From positions 1,240,318 through 1,304,317 of the forward strand of contig CM082585.2 in assembly GCA_040954595.2 (NCBI GenBank): 64,000 nucleotides of DNA, in the 5' to 3' direction. A program made the position numbers and the translations under genes. A model generated the notes under the pieces. It made no database searches. It had not been told where the DNA came from and saw only the letters and a program-made list of their open reading frames with translations. Positions 1-10,600 of the stretch are shown in pieces; position 1 is the stretch's first letter; each line of letters starts with the position of its first letter. This DNA comes from Balanoglossus misakiensis (lineage: Eukaryota; Animalia; Hemichordata).

Positions 1-718
1 CTCTGAACACCATACATCCTTGTTCATCATAGTCAGACATACAGTCTAACATACCAAAGTACAGTCTTCCTTGTGTAATATTGAACTGCACAGAATTCAT
101 GTGAACAGTATTTGGCAATTCATCACACATTAGTATTTCAGAAAATAATTTATTACTTGCTCTGAGGTCATTTGTGGTTTTAATGTATAAATTATCACCA
201 GCATGTAAAATGTGATCTAAGTCATTAGATGTCAATGTCATCTCTCTTTCTTTTGATATGCAAAGGAAAGCAAGGGCATTACAAGTACATTGTCTACCTC
301 GTGAATTTATGCTGAAAATATCATTGCCTTGATGAAAACTACCTTGGAGTACACTGTCTATTGTGTAACTTTCCCAGTGTAAAGTGTGACTATTGTGAGA
401 GGAGTATAATTCTTGTTTGTCATGTGCATCATTTGCACTGTAGTATACACAAGAGGAATTTTGATTTGACACACTGGTCGAAGAATTCTTATTGAAGGTT
501 GTAACTGATTGAGTGGCATTAAAACTTTTGATAATGGTACTTGAAGATGTAGACATATTATTGCTGTATGGTTCTATGCTTGACGATATTGATGTATTGT
601 TATTGGCATTGCCGTACGAATCTGACTTCTTGAATGTTCCTTGTAGCACAGGGTGTTTTACTTTACTGGATCCACCCAAACCAGAATCAGACCCAGCTGA
701 TATGATTGGTCCATCAGC
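1..718 (-). CDS. Partial coding exon (runs off the window start): Ser/Asn/Thr-rich linker followed by a herpesvirus tegument-like deubiquitinase domain (peptidase C76 / VTD family), probably part of a Helitron/Helentron protein
   Basis: Manual translation gives 239 stop-free codons from 718 to 2: ADGPIISAGSDSG...SYTIDSVLQGSFHQGNDIFSINSRGRQCTCNALAFLCISKEREMTLTSNDLDHILHAGDNLYIKTTNDLRASNKLFSEILMCDELPNTVHM... The GSFHQG, G-x-QC-x-x-N, LD-x-IL-x-x-GD-x-LY and DELP motifs are typical of C76/VTD DUBs; the putative catalytic Cys codon is at 289-287. A splice acceptor (ttatcttgtttatttttaaacAG, AG at 720-719) with a CTAAT branch-like motif precedes it. There is an in-frame TAA at 751-749, and the first in-frame ATG is at 556. 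Confidence 0.8.
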
Positions 719-1530
719 CTGTTTAAAAATAAACAAGATAAGCGACAATTAGAAAATACAGTTACCTTTAATTTCCATCACATGTCCTTATTTGACCCCT
801 GATGAGTACTATGACAATGAGAGCCAATGACAGGTCAATTTTGCGTCATATTCAAATTGGTTTTGTGTATATCATGTACATATAAGTACTATCACTAGTA
901 TTTACATTGCAAATGTGTTCAATTAAGCTTTTGTATAAATTTGTTGTAATTTCAATACATTTTGCAAAATTTAGCTACTTGCATAATATTTGTATATCAC
1001 ATGTGGACAAAGACATTGCACAAATTAGTAACATGGCTATTGTCACGCCACCTCATCAAAAACTACTAGCGGCACAGGGTTGGCCTGCCATAACATTGTC
1101 TTACACTCATGTTTCACAATCATTCGAAAGCTCATTGCAACATTGAAATTATATCACCTACAAACCTCACCTTTCTACAAAGTTCCATATCAAATAAAAC
1201 TTTCCCACATAAATCTTTTCCAGTTGAACCTTTTGAAACCACACACTTCACCTGACAAATTTAGTCTGGAAAGTTGAACGTACCCTCTATCTACTCTGAA
1301 ACTACCAAGTTTAAAACAAACTTCAAAACTGGAAAAGGTTTGTGCCTATGACTTTTCCCATATAATTACATTGAGAATACCTAGAAAACTCACTTCTACT
1401 ATTTCTATGAAATATTACACATAGCTCAATCAAATAGAAATAAATGCATCCATCAAATATCGTTTGGTCACTGTATTTTTTTAGATAAACTTTACAAGTG
1501 TTTCGCCCATAGATACACCCTCACTGAATA

Positions 1531-1543
1531 TGCTGACTCAGCA
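1531..1543. promoter_or_regulatory. Perfect palindromic Maf recognition element (T-MARE) motif
   Basis: TGCTGACTCAGCA with AT-rich flanks (aataTGCTGACTCAGCAattt). This is a motif match only; function is unproven. Confidence 0.3.
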
Positions 1544-3180
1544 ATTTTCCTCAATTATCAACAAAATTCATGGCCTTGTATTTCAAAAGCAAACGCAGTG
1601 ACATGAGAAGCCAATAATCCAAAATTGAAGACATAACGTTACTTTCGATTTTACTGATCATTACGGACTAGCTGCTAAAAGCCTACCCTGCGACCAAACA
1701 GTGACGTTGACCAACTTTCCCCTGCTCAAATGAAGAACTCCTTTTCCTGTTTACAAGTATGTACAATTTTATAGTATGCAAATACACACATACCGATTTT
1801 TTCACAGCTGATTTTCTCCAATTCTTTTTCCTTGGCATAATTCTGACCTTAGTAGCAAAAGACAAGAATGTGATAATATCAATAACAGCATTTTAACATC
1901 ATTGGTTAGACAACTTGAAACTGCCTAGATAATATGCAAGTAAAAGCCTGGCAAAAATGTAACATGTACAATTGCTTAATTTTAACATACTCACACAACA
2001 TATATTTCCATCATTTTTATAGGAGTAATTGAAACTACAACATCAATATGACCATCACATGTTCTAGGACTTCCAAAATAGAGAAACACTATGAAAAACT
2101 TCAGCTGAAAAATAGAATATGTAATATAATTACCTGCAATTTGATAAAAAGTGATTCTTCAAGAGCTGGTTAAGTCTCTAACTGTTCCAAAACAATGACA
2201 GGAAGTGGCTGCTCATTAGGCTGTTCCTGGCACTGCCACTACTCCCTCACATTGCTGGCAACAGTAGCTTGATACTTTGGGGTTCAAAGTCAGCAGATAA
2301 CAGCCAAGAATTTGGAATCCGCAATTACAGCATAGGGTATACTGGCACCGCCTTACGTTGAGAGGTTTGTCAACAATAATATAGTGCAATAGTGCAAACA
2401 ATATGTTTAGATAGCAACAGATCTAAAGTTATTACAATAATGCCAACACATGTTTTGAGCTACTCCTGTGTGTTCTTTCAACTACAGAAAATCAAGCAGT
2501 CTTTCCAATGCTGCTACACCTACATAAGTATGGTGTGTGCTACACTGCCCCAAGGTTATTTCGATACACAAATATAACTGTGACATAATCAGCTCATGTA
2601 CACTCTAGGAGAGATTGCACTTAGGACTGGGTGTATCAGGGAATAGATTACACAAAAACGATGAAACAGAAAGGCAAACAGCTAAAATGGACAAACCAAA
2701 GTGTCCTCATGTAAAGAGTACCTTTCAAAGCACTGGATTTGTTCATAGAGGCAAAACCAGAAATATGCAAATATCCACAGCACAGTACAATGTCTTACTT
2801 CAGTCACCATAAGAAATATGCCTACAACATGCACAGCAATCTGCCAAGTGGATTCATAGAAACCAATTTTTGGCAAAAAATTGCAAAAAATGCACCAAGA
2901 ACACAATTATGGGAATGTCACCATACTTTCACGACACCTTAACTTGAAATGAATTTTGACCAAATATCCCCAAAATTACAAATATGCAAATTATGCAACA
3001 AATTGCCCCAAAATGACCTCAATTGCCTTTCAGTATACCAAGCTTCATTCTAAATTTTAAAGCCATTGACCCATAACTTTCAGAAAAATTTGTTTTCACC
3101 TAAAATATTGACAAAGACGAAAAAATTCATAAAAAATAAAACATCCATGATATCAACTGAACACTTACATGTCGGTCACA

Positions 3181-4130
3181 GGCTTTTCAATTTCAGTCCC
3201 AACCCTCCAAACGCGAAGTCTGTACCTGCTCTGGATGCCAAGATATGATAAAGTAGGTCAAAGGTCACCTGAGGTCATGCAAAATTTGGGCAAGAAATTT
3301 TGACCTAATACTGGTCCATGTTCAATAAAAACCAAACCTATAGCCTTATTGGTTAGCCTGGAATTAGGTATGCACATAATTAATGAGATATGCAGGTGTC
3401 ACAGGTGACCCCCAATTGCGGCTTTTCAATTTTAGTGCCAACCCTCCAAACGCCAAGTCTGTACCTGCTCTGGATGTCAAGATATGGTAATGTAGGTCAA
3501 AGGTCACCTGAGGTCATGCAAAATTTGGGCAAGAAATTTTGACCCTATACTGGTCCATGTTCAACAAAAACCGAACCTATAGCCTTATTGGTTAGCCTGG
3601 AATTAGGTATGCACATAATTAATGAGATATGCAGGTGTCACAGGTGACCCCCAATTGCGGCTTTTCAATTTTAGTCCCAACCCTCCAAACGCCAAGTCTG
3701 TGCCTGCTCTGGATGTCAAGATTTGGTAATGTAGGTCAAAGGTCACCTGAGGTCATGCAAAATTTGGGCAAGAAATTTTGACCCTATACTGGTCCATGTT
3801 CAACAAAAACCGAACCTATAGCCTTATTGGTTAGCCTGGAATTAGGTATGCACATAATTAATGAGATATGCAGGTGTCACAGGTGACCCCCAATTTCGGC
3901 TTTTCAATTTCAGTCCCAACCCTCCAAACGCCAACTCTGTACCTGCTCTGGATGCCGAGATATAGGAAAGTAGGTCAAAGGTCACCTGAGGTCACCCAAA
4001 ATTTGGGCAAGAAATTTTGACCCTATACTGGTCCATGTCCCACCAGAACAAAACCTCTAGCCCTATTAGTTAGCCCGGAATTAGGTATGCACATAATTAA
4101 TGTGTTAAGCAGGTGTTACAGGTGAGCCCA
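3181..4130. repeat. Tandem array of 4 x 239-bp units (central tandem repeats of the Helentron/HINE-like element)
   Basis: GGCTTTTCAATTT(C/T)AGT.CCAACCCTCCAAACG recurs at 3181, 3420, 3659 and 3898 (exact 239-bp period). The fourth copy is the most diverged. Confidence 0.95.
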
Positions 4131-4373
4131 AAAATTTCCCTTTTATTTTGGCCCCATTGTGCTCACTGACCAATAGACAATCACTGTACAGGACTATTGC
4201 ACAGACCAGAATCCCACAATAAGACGTGGACATAGCTTAACCATAGAGGTATAAGTAAAGGTATAAATTTAATAAAAAGACTAAAAAATCTTTAAAAATA
4301 AAACATCCATGATATCAACTTAACACTAAAAGGTCGGTGTGAGGTTGACATATGGTACATGCATACCAATTTT

Positions 4374-4670
4374 CAAAGCAATCTGACCAGTAATTGTTGA
4401 CTTACAGAGTTTTGATCAATTCCACATTTTACCAGCTAATTTGCATATTTTTGGGCCTGGCAACTTCGTTTGGACAAACTCCAATCTACAGCCCAGCCTG
4501 CACCTACACACCAAATATTGAGGTGATACGCGCAGCGGTTTTCAAGTTTTTGATGTGGACGGACATACAGACATACATCCATACATCCATACATCCATCC
4601 ATACATACATACAGACGCAACCCATCCCATAAGGTCCCATGGTATATAGGCCTATACCAATGGGACCTAA
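4374..4670 (-). mobile_element. Helentron/HINE (DINE-1-like) 5' terminal block: TT + subterminal inverted repeat hairpin + (TATG/GATG)n microsatellite + core
   Basis: The minus strand reads TTAGGTCCCATTGGTATAGGCCTATATACCATGGGACCT. The arms AGGTCCCAT (4632-4640) and ATGGGACCT (4660-4668) form the hairpin, and a (CATA/CATC)n tract lies at ~4563-4612. An independent inverted copy at 16676-16972 begins at the same nucleotide, which defines the boundary. Confidence 0.75.
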
Positions 4671-7600
4671 AAAATGACAAATTTTTGACTGCAAAATCTC
4701 AAAATTTCGTCCATTTTTGAAAAAAAATCATGGGTAAAAATCATCAAAAAATGACAAATTTTCGACTGCAAAATCTCAACATTTCGTCGATTTTTGAAAA
4801 AAATCATGGGTGAAAATCATCAAAAAATGACAAATTTTCGACTTTGCAAAATCTCAAAATTTCGTCGATTTTTGAAAAAAAATCATAGGTGAAAATCATC
4901 AAAAAATGACAAAATTTTCGAGTTTGCAAAATCACAAAATTTCGTCGATTTTGAAAAAAATCATAGGTTCGTCGATTTTTTTTAAAAAAACATGGGTGAA
5001 AATCATCAAAAAATGACAAATTTTCGACTTTGCAAAATCTCAAAATTTCATCAATTTTTGAAAAAATCATGGGTGAAAATCATCAAAAAATGACAAAACT
5101 TTCGACTTTGCAAAATCTCAAAATTTCGTCGATTTTTGAAAAAAAATCATGGTTGAAAATCATCAAAAAATGACAAAATTTTCGAGTTTGCAAAATCACA
5201 CAATTTCGTCGATTTTGAAAAAAATCATAGGTTCGTCGATTTTTTTAAAAAAAACATGGGTGAAAATCATCAAAAAATGACAAATTTTTGACTTTGCAAA
5301 ATCTCAAAATTTCGTCGATTTTTGAAAAAAATCATTGGGGAAAATCATCAAAAAATAACAAATTTTCGACTTTGCAAAATCTCAAAATTTCGTCGATTTT
5401 TGAAAAAAATCATGGGTGAAAATCATCAAAAAATGACAAACTTTCGACTTTGCAAAATCTCAAAATTTCGTCGATTTTTGAAAAAAATCATTGGGGAAAA
5501 TCATCAAAAAATGACAAATTTTCGACTTTGCAAAATCTCAAAGTTTCGTCGATTTTTGAAAAAAATCATGGGTGAAAATCATCAAAAAATGACAAATTTT
5601 CGACTTTGCAAAATCTCAAAATTTCGTCGATTTTGAAAAAAATCATGGGTTCGTCGATTTTTTAAAAACAACATTGGTGAAAATCATCAAAAAATGACAA
5701 ATTTTCGACTTTGCAAAATCTCAAAATTTCGTCGATTTTTAAAAAAAAATCATGGATGAAAATCATCAACAAATGACAAATTTTCGACTTTGCAAAATCT
5801 CAAAATTTCGTCGATTTTTGAAAAAAATCATGGGTGAAAATCATCAAAAAATGACAAATTTTCGACTTTGCAAAATCTCAACATTTCGTCGATTTTTGAA
5901 AAAAATCATAGGTGAAAATCATCAAAAAATGACAAATTTTCGACTTTGCAAAAGCTCAAAATTTCGTCCATTTTTGAAAAAAAATCATGGGTAAAAATCA
6001 TCAAAAAATGACAAATTTTCGACTGCAAAATCTCAACATTTCGTCGATTTTTGAAAAAAATCATGGGTGAAAATCATCAAAAAATGACAAATTTTCGACT
6101 TTGCAAAATCTCAAAATTTCGTCGATTTTTGAAAAAAAATCATAGGTGAAAATCATCAAAAAATGACAAAATTTTCGAGTTTGCAAAATCACAAAATTTC
6201 GTCGATTTTGAAAAAAATCATAGGTTCGTCGATTTTTTTTAAAAAAACATGGGTGAAAATCATCAAAAAATGACAAATTTTCGACTTTGCAAAATCTCAA
6301 AATTTCATCAATTTTTGAAAAAATCATGGGTGAAAATCATCAAAAAATGACAAAACTTTCGACTTTGCAAAATCTCAAAATTTCGTCGATTTTTGAAAAA
6401 AAATCATGGTTGAAAATCATCAAAAAATGACAAAATTTTCGAGTTTGCAAAATCACACAATTTCGTCGATTTTGAAAAAAATCATAGGTTCGTCGATTTT
6501 TTTAAAAAAAACATGGGTGAAAATCATCAAAAAATGACAAATTTTTGACTTTGCAAAATCTCAAAATTTCGTCGATTTTTGAAAAAAAATCATTGGGGAA
6601 AATCATCAAAAAATAACAAATTTTCGACTTTGCAAAATCTCAAAATTTCGTCGATTTTTGAAAAAAATCATGGGTGAAAATCATCAAAAAATGACAAACT
6701 TTCGACTTTGCAAAATCTCAAAATTTCGTCGATTTTTGAAAAAAATCATTGGGGAAAATCATCAAAAAATGACAAATTTTCGACTTTGCAAAATCTCAAA
6801 ATTTCGTCGATTTTTGAAAAAAATCATGGGTGAAAATCATCAAAAAATGACAAATTTTCGACTTTGCAAAATCTCAAAATTTCGTCGATTTTGAAAAAAA
6901 TCATGGGTTCGTCGATTTTTTAAAAACAACATTGGTGAAAATCATCAAAAAATGACAAATTTTCGACTTTGCAAAATCTCAAAATTTCGTCGATTTTTAA
7001 AAAAAAATCATGGATGAAAATCATCAACAAATGACAAATTTTCGACTTTGCAAAATCTCAAAATTTCGTCGATTTTTGAAAAAAATCATGGGTGAAAATC
7101 ATCAAAAAATGACAAATTTTCGACTTTGCAAAATCTCAACATTTCGTCGATTTTTGAAAAAAATCATAGGTGAAAATCATCAAAAAATGACAAATTTTCG
7201 ACTTTGCAAAAGCTCAAAATTTCGTCCATTTTTGAAAAAAAATCATGGGTAAAAATCATCAAAAAATGACAAATTTTCGACTGCAAAATCTCAACATTTC
7301 GTCGATTTTTGAAAAAAATCATGGGTGAAAATCATCAAAAAATGACAAATTTTCGACTTTGCAAAATCTCAAAATTTCGTCGATTTTTGAAAAAAAATCA
7401 TAGGTGAAAATCATCAAAAAATGACAAAATTTTCGAGTTTGCAAAATCACAAAATTTCGTCGATTTTGAAAAAAATCATAGGTTCGTCGATTTTTTTTAA
7501 AAAAACATGGGTGAAAATCATCAAAAAATGACAAATTTTCGACTTTGCAAAATCTCAAAATTTCGTCGATTTTTGAAAAAAATCATTGGGGAAAATAATC

Positions 7601-10600
7601 AAAAAATGACAAATTTTCGACTTTGCAAAATCTCAAAATTTCGTCGATTTTTGAAAAAAATCATTGGGGAAAATCATCAAAAAATGACAAATTTTCGACT
7701 TTGCAAAATCTCAAAATTTCGTCGATTTTTGAAAAAAAATAATGGTTGAAAATCATCAAAAAATGACAAATTTTCGACTTTGCAAAATCTCAAAATTTCG
7801 TCGATTTTTGAAAGAAAATAATGGTTGAAAATCATCAAAAAATGTCAAATTTTCGACTTTGCAAAATCTCAAAATTTCGTCGATTTTGAAAAAAATCATA
7901 GGTTCGTCGATTTTTTTAAAAAAAACATGGGTGAAAATCATCAAAAAATGACAAATTTTCGACTTTGCAAAATCTCAAAATTTCGTCGATTTTTGAAAAA
8001 AATCATTGGGGAAAATCGTCAAAAAATGACAAATTTTCGACTTTGCAAAATCTCAAAATTTCGTCGATTTTGAAAAAAATCATGGGTTCGTCGATTTTTT
8101 AAAAACAACATTGGTGAAAATCATCAAAAAATGACAAATTTTCGACTTTGCAAAATTTCAAAATTTCGTCGATTTTTAAAAAAAAATCATGGATGAAAAT
8201 CATCAACAAATGACAAATTTGCGACTTTGCAAAATCTCAAAATTTCGTCGATTTTTGAAAAAAATCATGGGTGAAAATCATCAAAAAATGACAAATTTTC
8301 GACTTTGCAAAATCTCAACATTTCGTCGATTTTTGAAAAAAATCATAGGTGAAAATCATCAAAAAATGACAAAATTTCGACTTTGAAAAAGCTCAAAATT
8401 TCGTCCATTTTTGAAAAAAAATCATGGGTAAAAATCATCAAAAAATGACAAATTTACGACTGTAAAATCTCAACATTTCGTCGATTTTTGAAAAAAATCA
8501 TGGGTGAAAATCATCAAAAAATGACAAATTTTCGACTTTGCAAAATCTCAACATTTCGTCGATTTTTGAAAAAAATCATAGGTGAAAATCATCAAAAAAT
8601 GACAAATTTTTGACTGCAAAATCTCAAAATTTCGTCGATTTTTGAAAAAAAACATGGGGGAAAATCATTAAAAAATGACAAATTTTCGACTGCAAAATCT
8701 CAACATTTCGTCGATTTTTGAAAAAAATCATGGGTGAAAATCATCAAAAAATGACAAATTTTCGACTTTGCAAAATCTCAACATTTCGTCCATTTTTGAA
8801 AAAAATCATAGGTGAAAATCATCAAAAAATGACAAATTTTCGACTTTGCAAATGCTCAAAATTTCGTCCATTTTTGAAAAAAAATCATGGGTAAAAATCA
8901 TCAAAAATGACAAATTTTCGACTGCAAAATCTCAACATTTCGTCGATTTTTGAAAAAAATCATGGGTGAAAATCATCAAAAAATGACAAATTTTCGACTT
9001 TGCAAAAACTCAACATTTCGTCGATTTTTGAAAAAAATCATGGGTGAAAATCATCAAAAAATGACAAATTTTCGACTTTGCAAATGCTCAAAATTTCGTC
9101 CATTTTTGAAAAAAAATCATGGGTAAAAATCATCAAAAATGACAAATTTTCGACTGCAAAATCTCAACATTTCGTCGATTTTTGAAAAAAATCATGGGTG
9201 AAAATCATCAAAAAATGACAAATTTTCGACTTTGCAAAATCTCAACATTTCGTCGATTTTTGAAAAAAATCATGGGTGAAAATCATCAAAAAATGACAAA
9301 TTTTCGACTTTGCAAAATCTCAAAATTTCGTCAATTTATGAAAAAATCATGGGTGAAAATCATCAAAAAATGACAAATTTTCGTCTTTGCAAAATCTCAA
9401 AATTTCGTCGGTTTTTGAAAAATAATATGGGTGAAAATCATCAAAAAATGACAAATTTTTGACTGCAAAATCTCAAAATTTCGTCGATTTTTGAAAAAAA
9501 ACATGGGGGAAAACCATCAAAAAATGACAAATTTTCGACTGCAAAATCTCAACATTTCGTCGATTTTTGAAAAAAATCATGGGTGAAAATCATCAAAAAA
9601 TGACAAATTTTCGACTTTGCAAAAACTCAACATTTCGTCGATTTTTGAAAAAAATCATGGGTGAAAATCATCAAAAAATGACAAATTTTCGACTTTGCAA
9701 ATGCTCAAAATTTCGTCCATTTTTGAAAAAAAATCATGGGTAAAAATCATCAAAAATGACAAATTTTCGACTGCAAAATCTCAACATTTCGTCGATTTTT
9801 GAAAAAAATCATGGGTGAAAATCATCAAAAAATGACAAATTTTCGACTTTGCAAAATCTCAACATTTCGTCGATTTTTGAAAAAAATCATGGGTGAAAAT
9901 CATCAAAAAATGACAAATTTTCGACTTTGCAAAATCTCAACATTTCGTCGATTTTTGAAAAAAATCATGGGTGAAAATCATCAAAAAATGACAAATTTTC
10001 GACTTTGCAAAATCTCAAAATTTCGTCAATTTATGAAAAAATCATGGGTGAAAATCATCAAAAAATGACAAATTTTCGTCTTTGCAAAATCTCAAAATTT
10101 CGTCGATTTTTGAAAAAAATCATAGGTGAAAATAATAAAAAAAATGACAAATTTTCGACTTTGCAAAAGCTCAAAATTTCGTCCATTTTTGAAAAAAAAT
10201 CATGGGTAAAAATCATCAAAAAATGACAAATTTACGACTGTAAAATCTCAACATTTCGTCGATTTTTGAAAAAAATCATGGGTGAAAATCATCAAAAAAT
10301 GACAAATTTTCGACTTTGCAAAATCTCAACATTTCGTCGATTTTTGAAAAAAATCATAGGTGAAAATCATCAAAAAATGACAAATTTTTGACTGCAAAAT
10401 CTCAAAATTTCGTCGATTTTTGAAAAAAAACATGGGGGAAAATCATTAAAAATGACAAATTTTCGACTGCAAAATCTCAACATTTCGTCGATTTTTGAAA
10501 AAAATCATGGGTGAAAATCATCAAAAAATGACAAATTTTCGACTTTGCAAAATCTCAACATTTCGTCGATTTTGGAAAAAAATCATAGGTGAAAATCATC

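Larger units (their letters stand above)
1..4670 (-). mobile_element. 5' portion of a putative Helentron (Helitron2-type) element carrying the VTD deubiquitinase exon
   Basis: A Helentron/HINE-type 5' terminus sits at 4670 on the minus strand. It is followed by a microsatellite, a conserved core, an internal 239-bp tandem array and the co-oriented VTD exon. I saw no second copy of the subterminal repeat between 720 and 4600, so the 3' end should lie left of the window. No Rep/helicase sequence is visible here. Confidence 0.5.

Noticed and set aside
513-752. Plus-strand 79-aa ORF MALKLLIMV...
   Set aside because: It is an antisense shadow of the real minus-strand VTD exon.
2134-2519. Possible upstream coding exon (acceptor at 2520, donor at 2133, minus strand)
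   Set aside because: The splice signals look plausible, but the frame that would join the VTD exon has a TAA 13 codons before the donor. It is at best a UTR exon and cannot be supported without transcripts.
4645-4656. ATAGGCCTAT shared by the HINE hairpin and the 133-bp satellite; CGTCGAT shared by both satellites
   Set aside because: The matches are only 7-10 bp with no flanking colinearity, which is too little to claim common origin.
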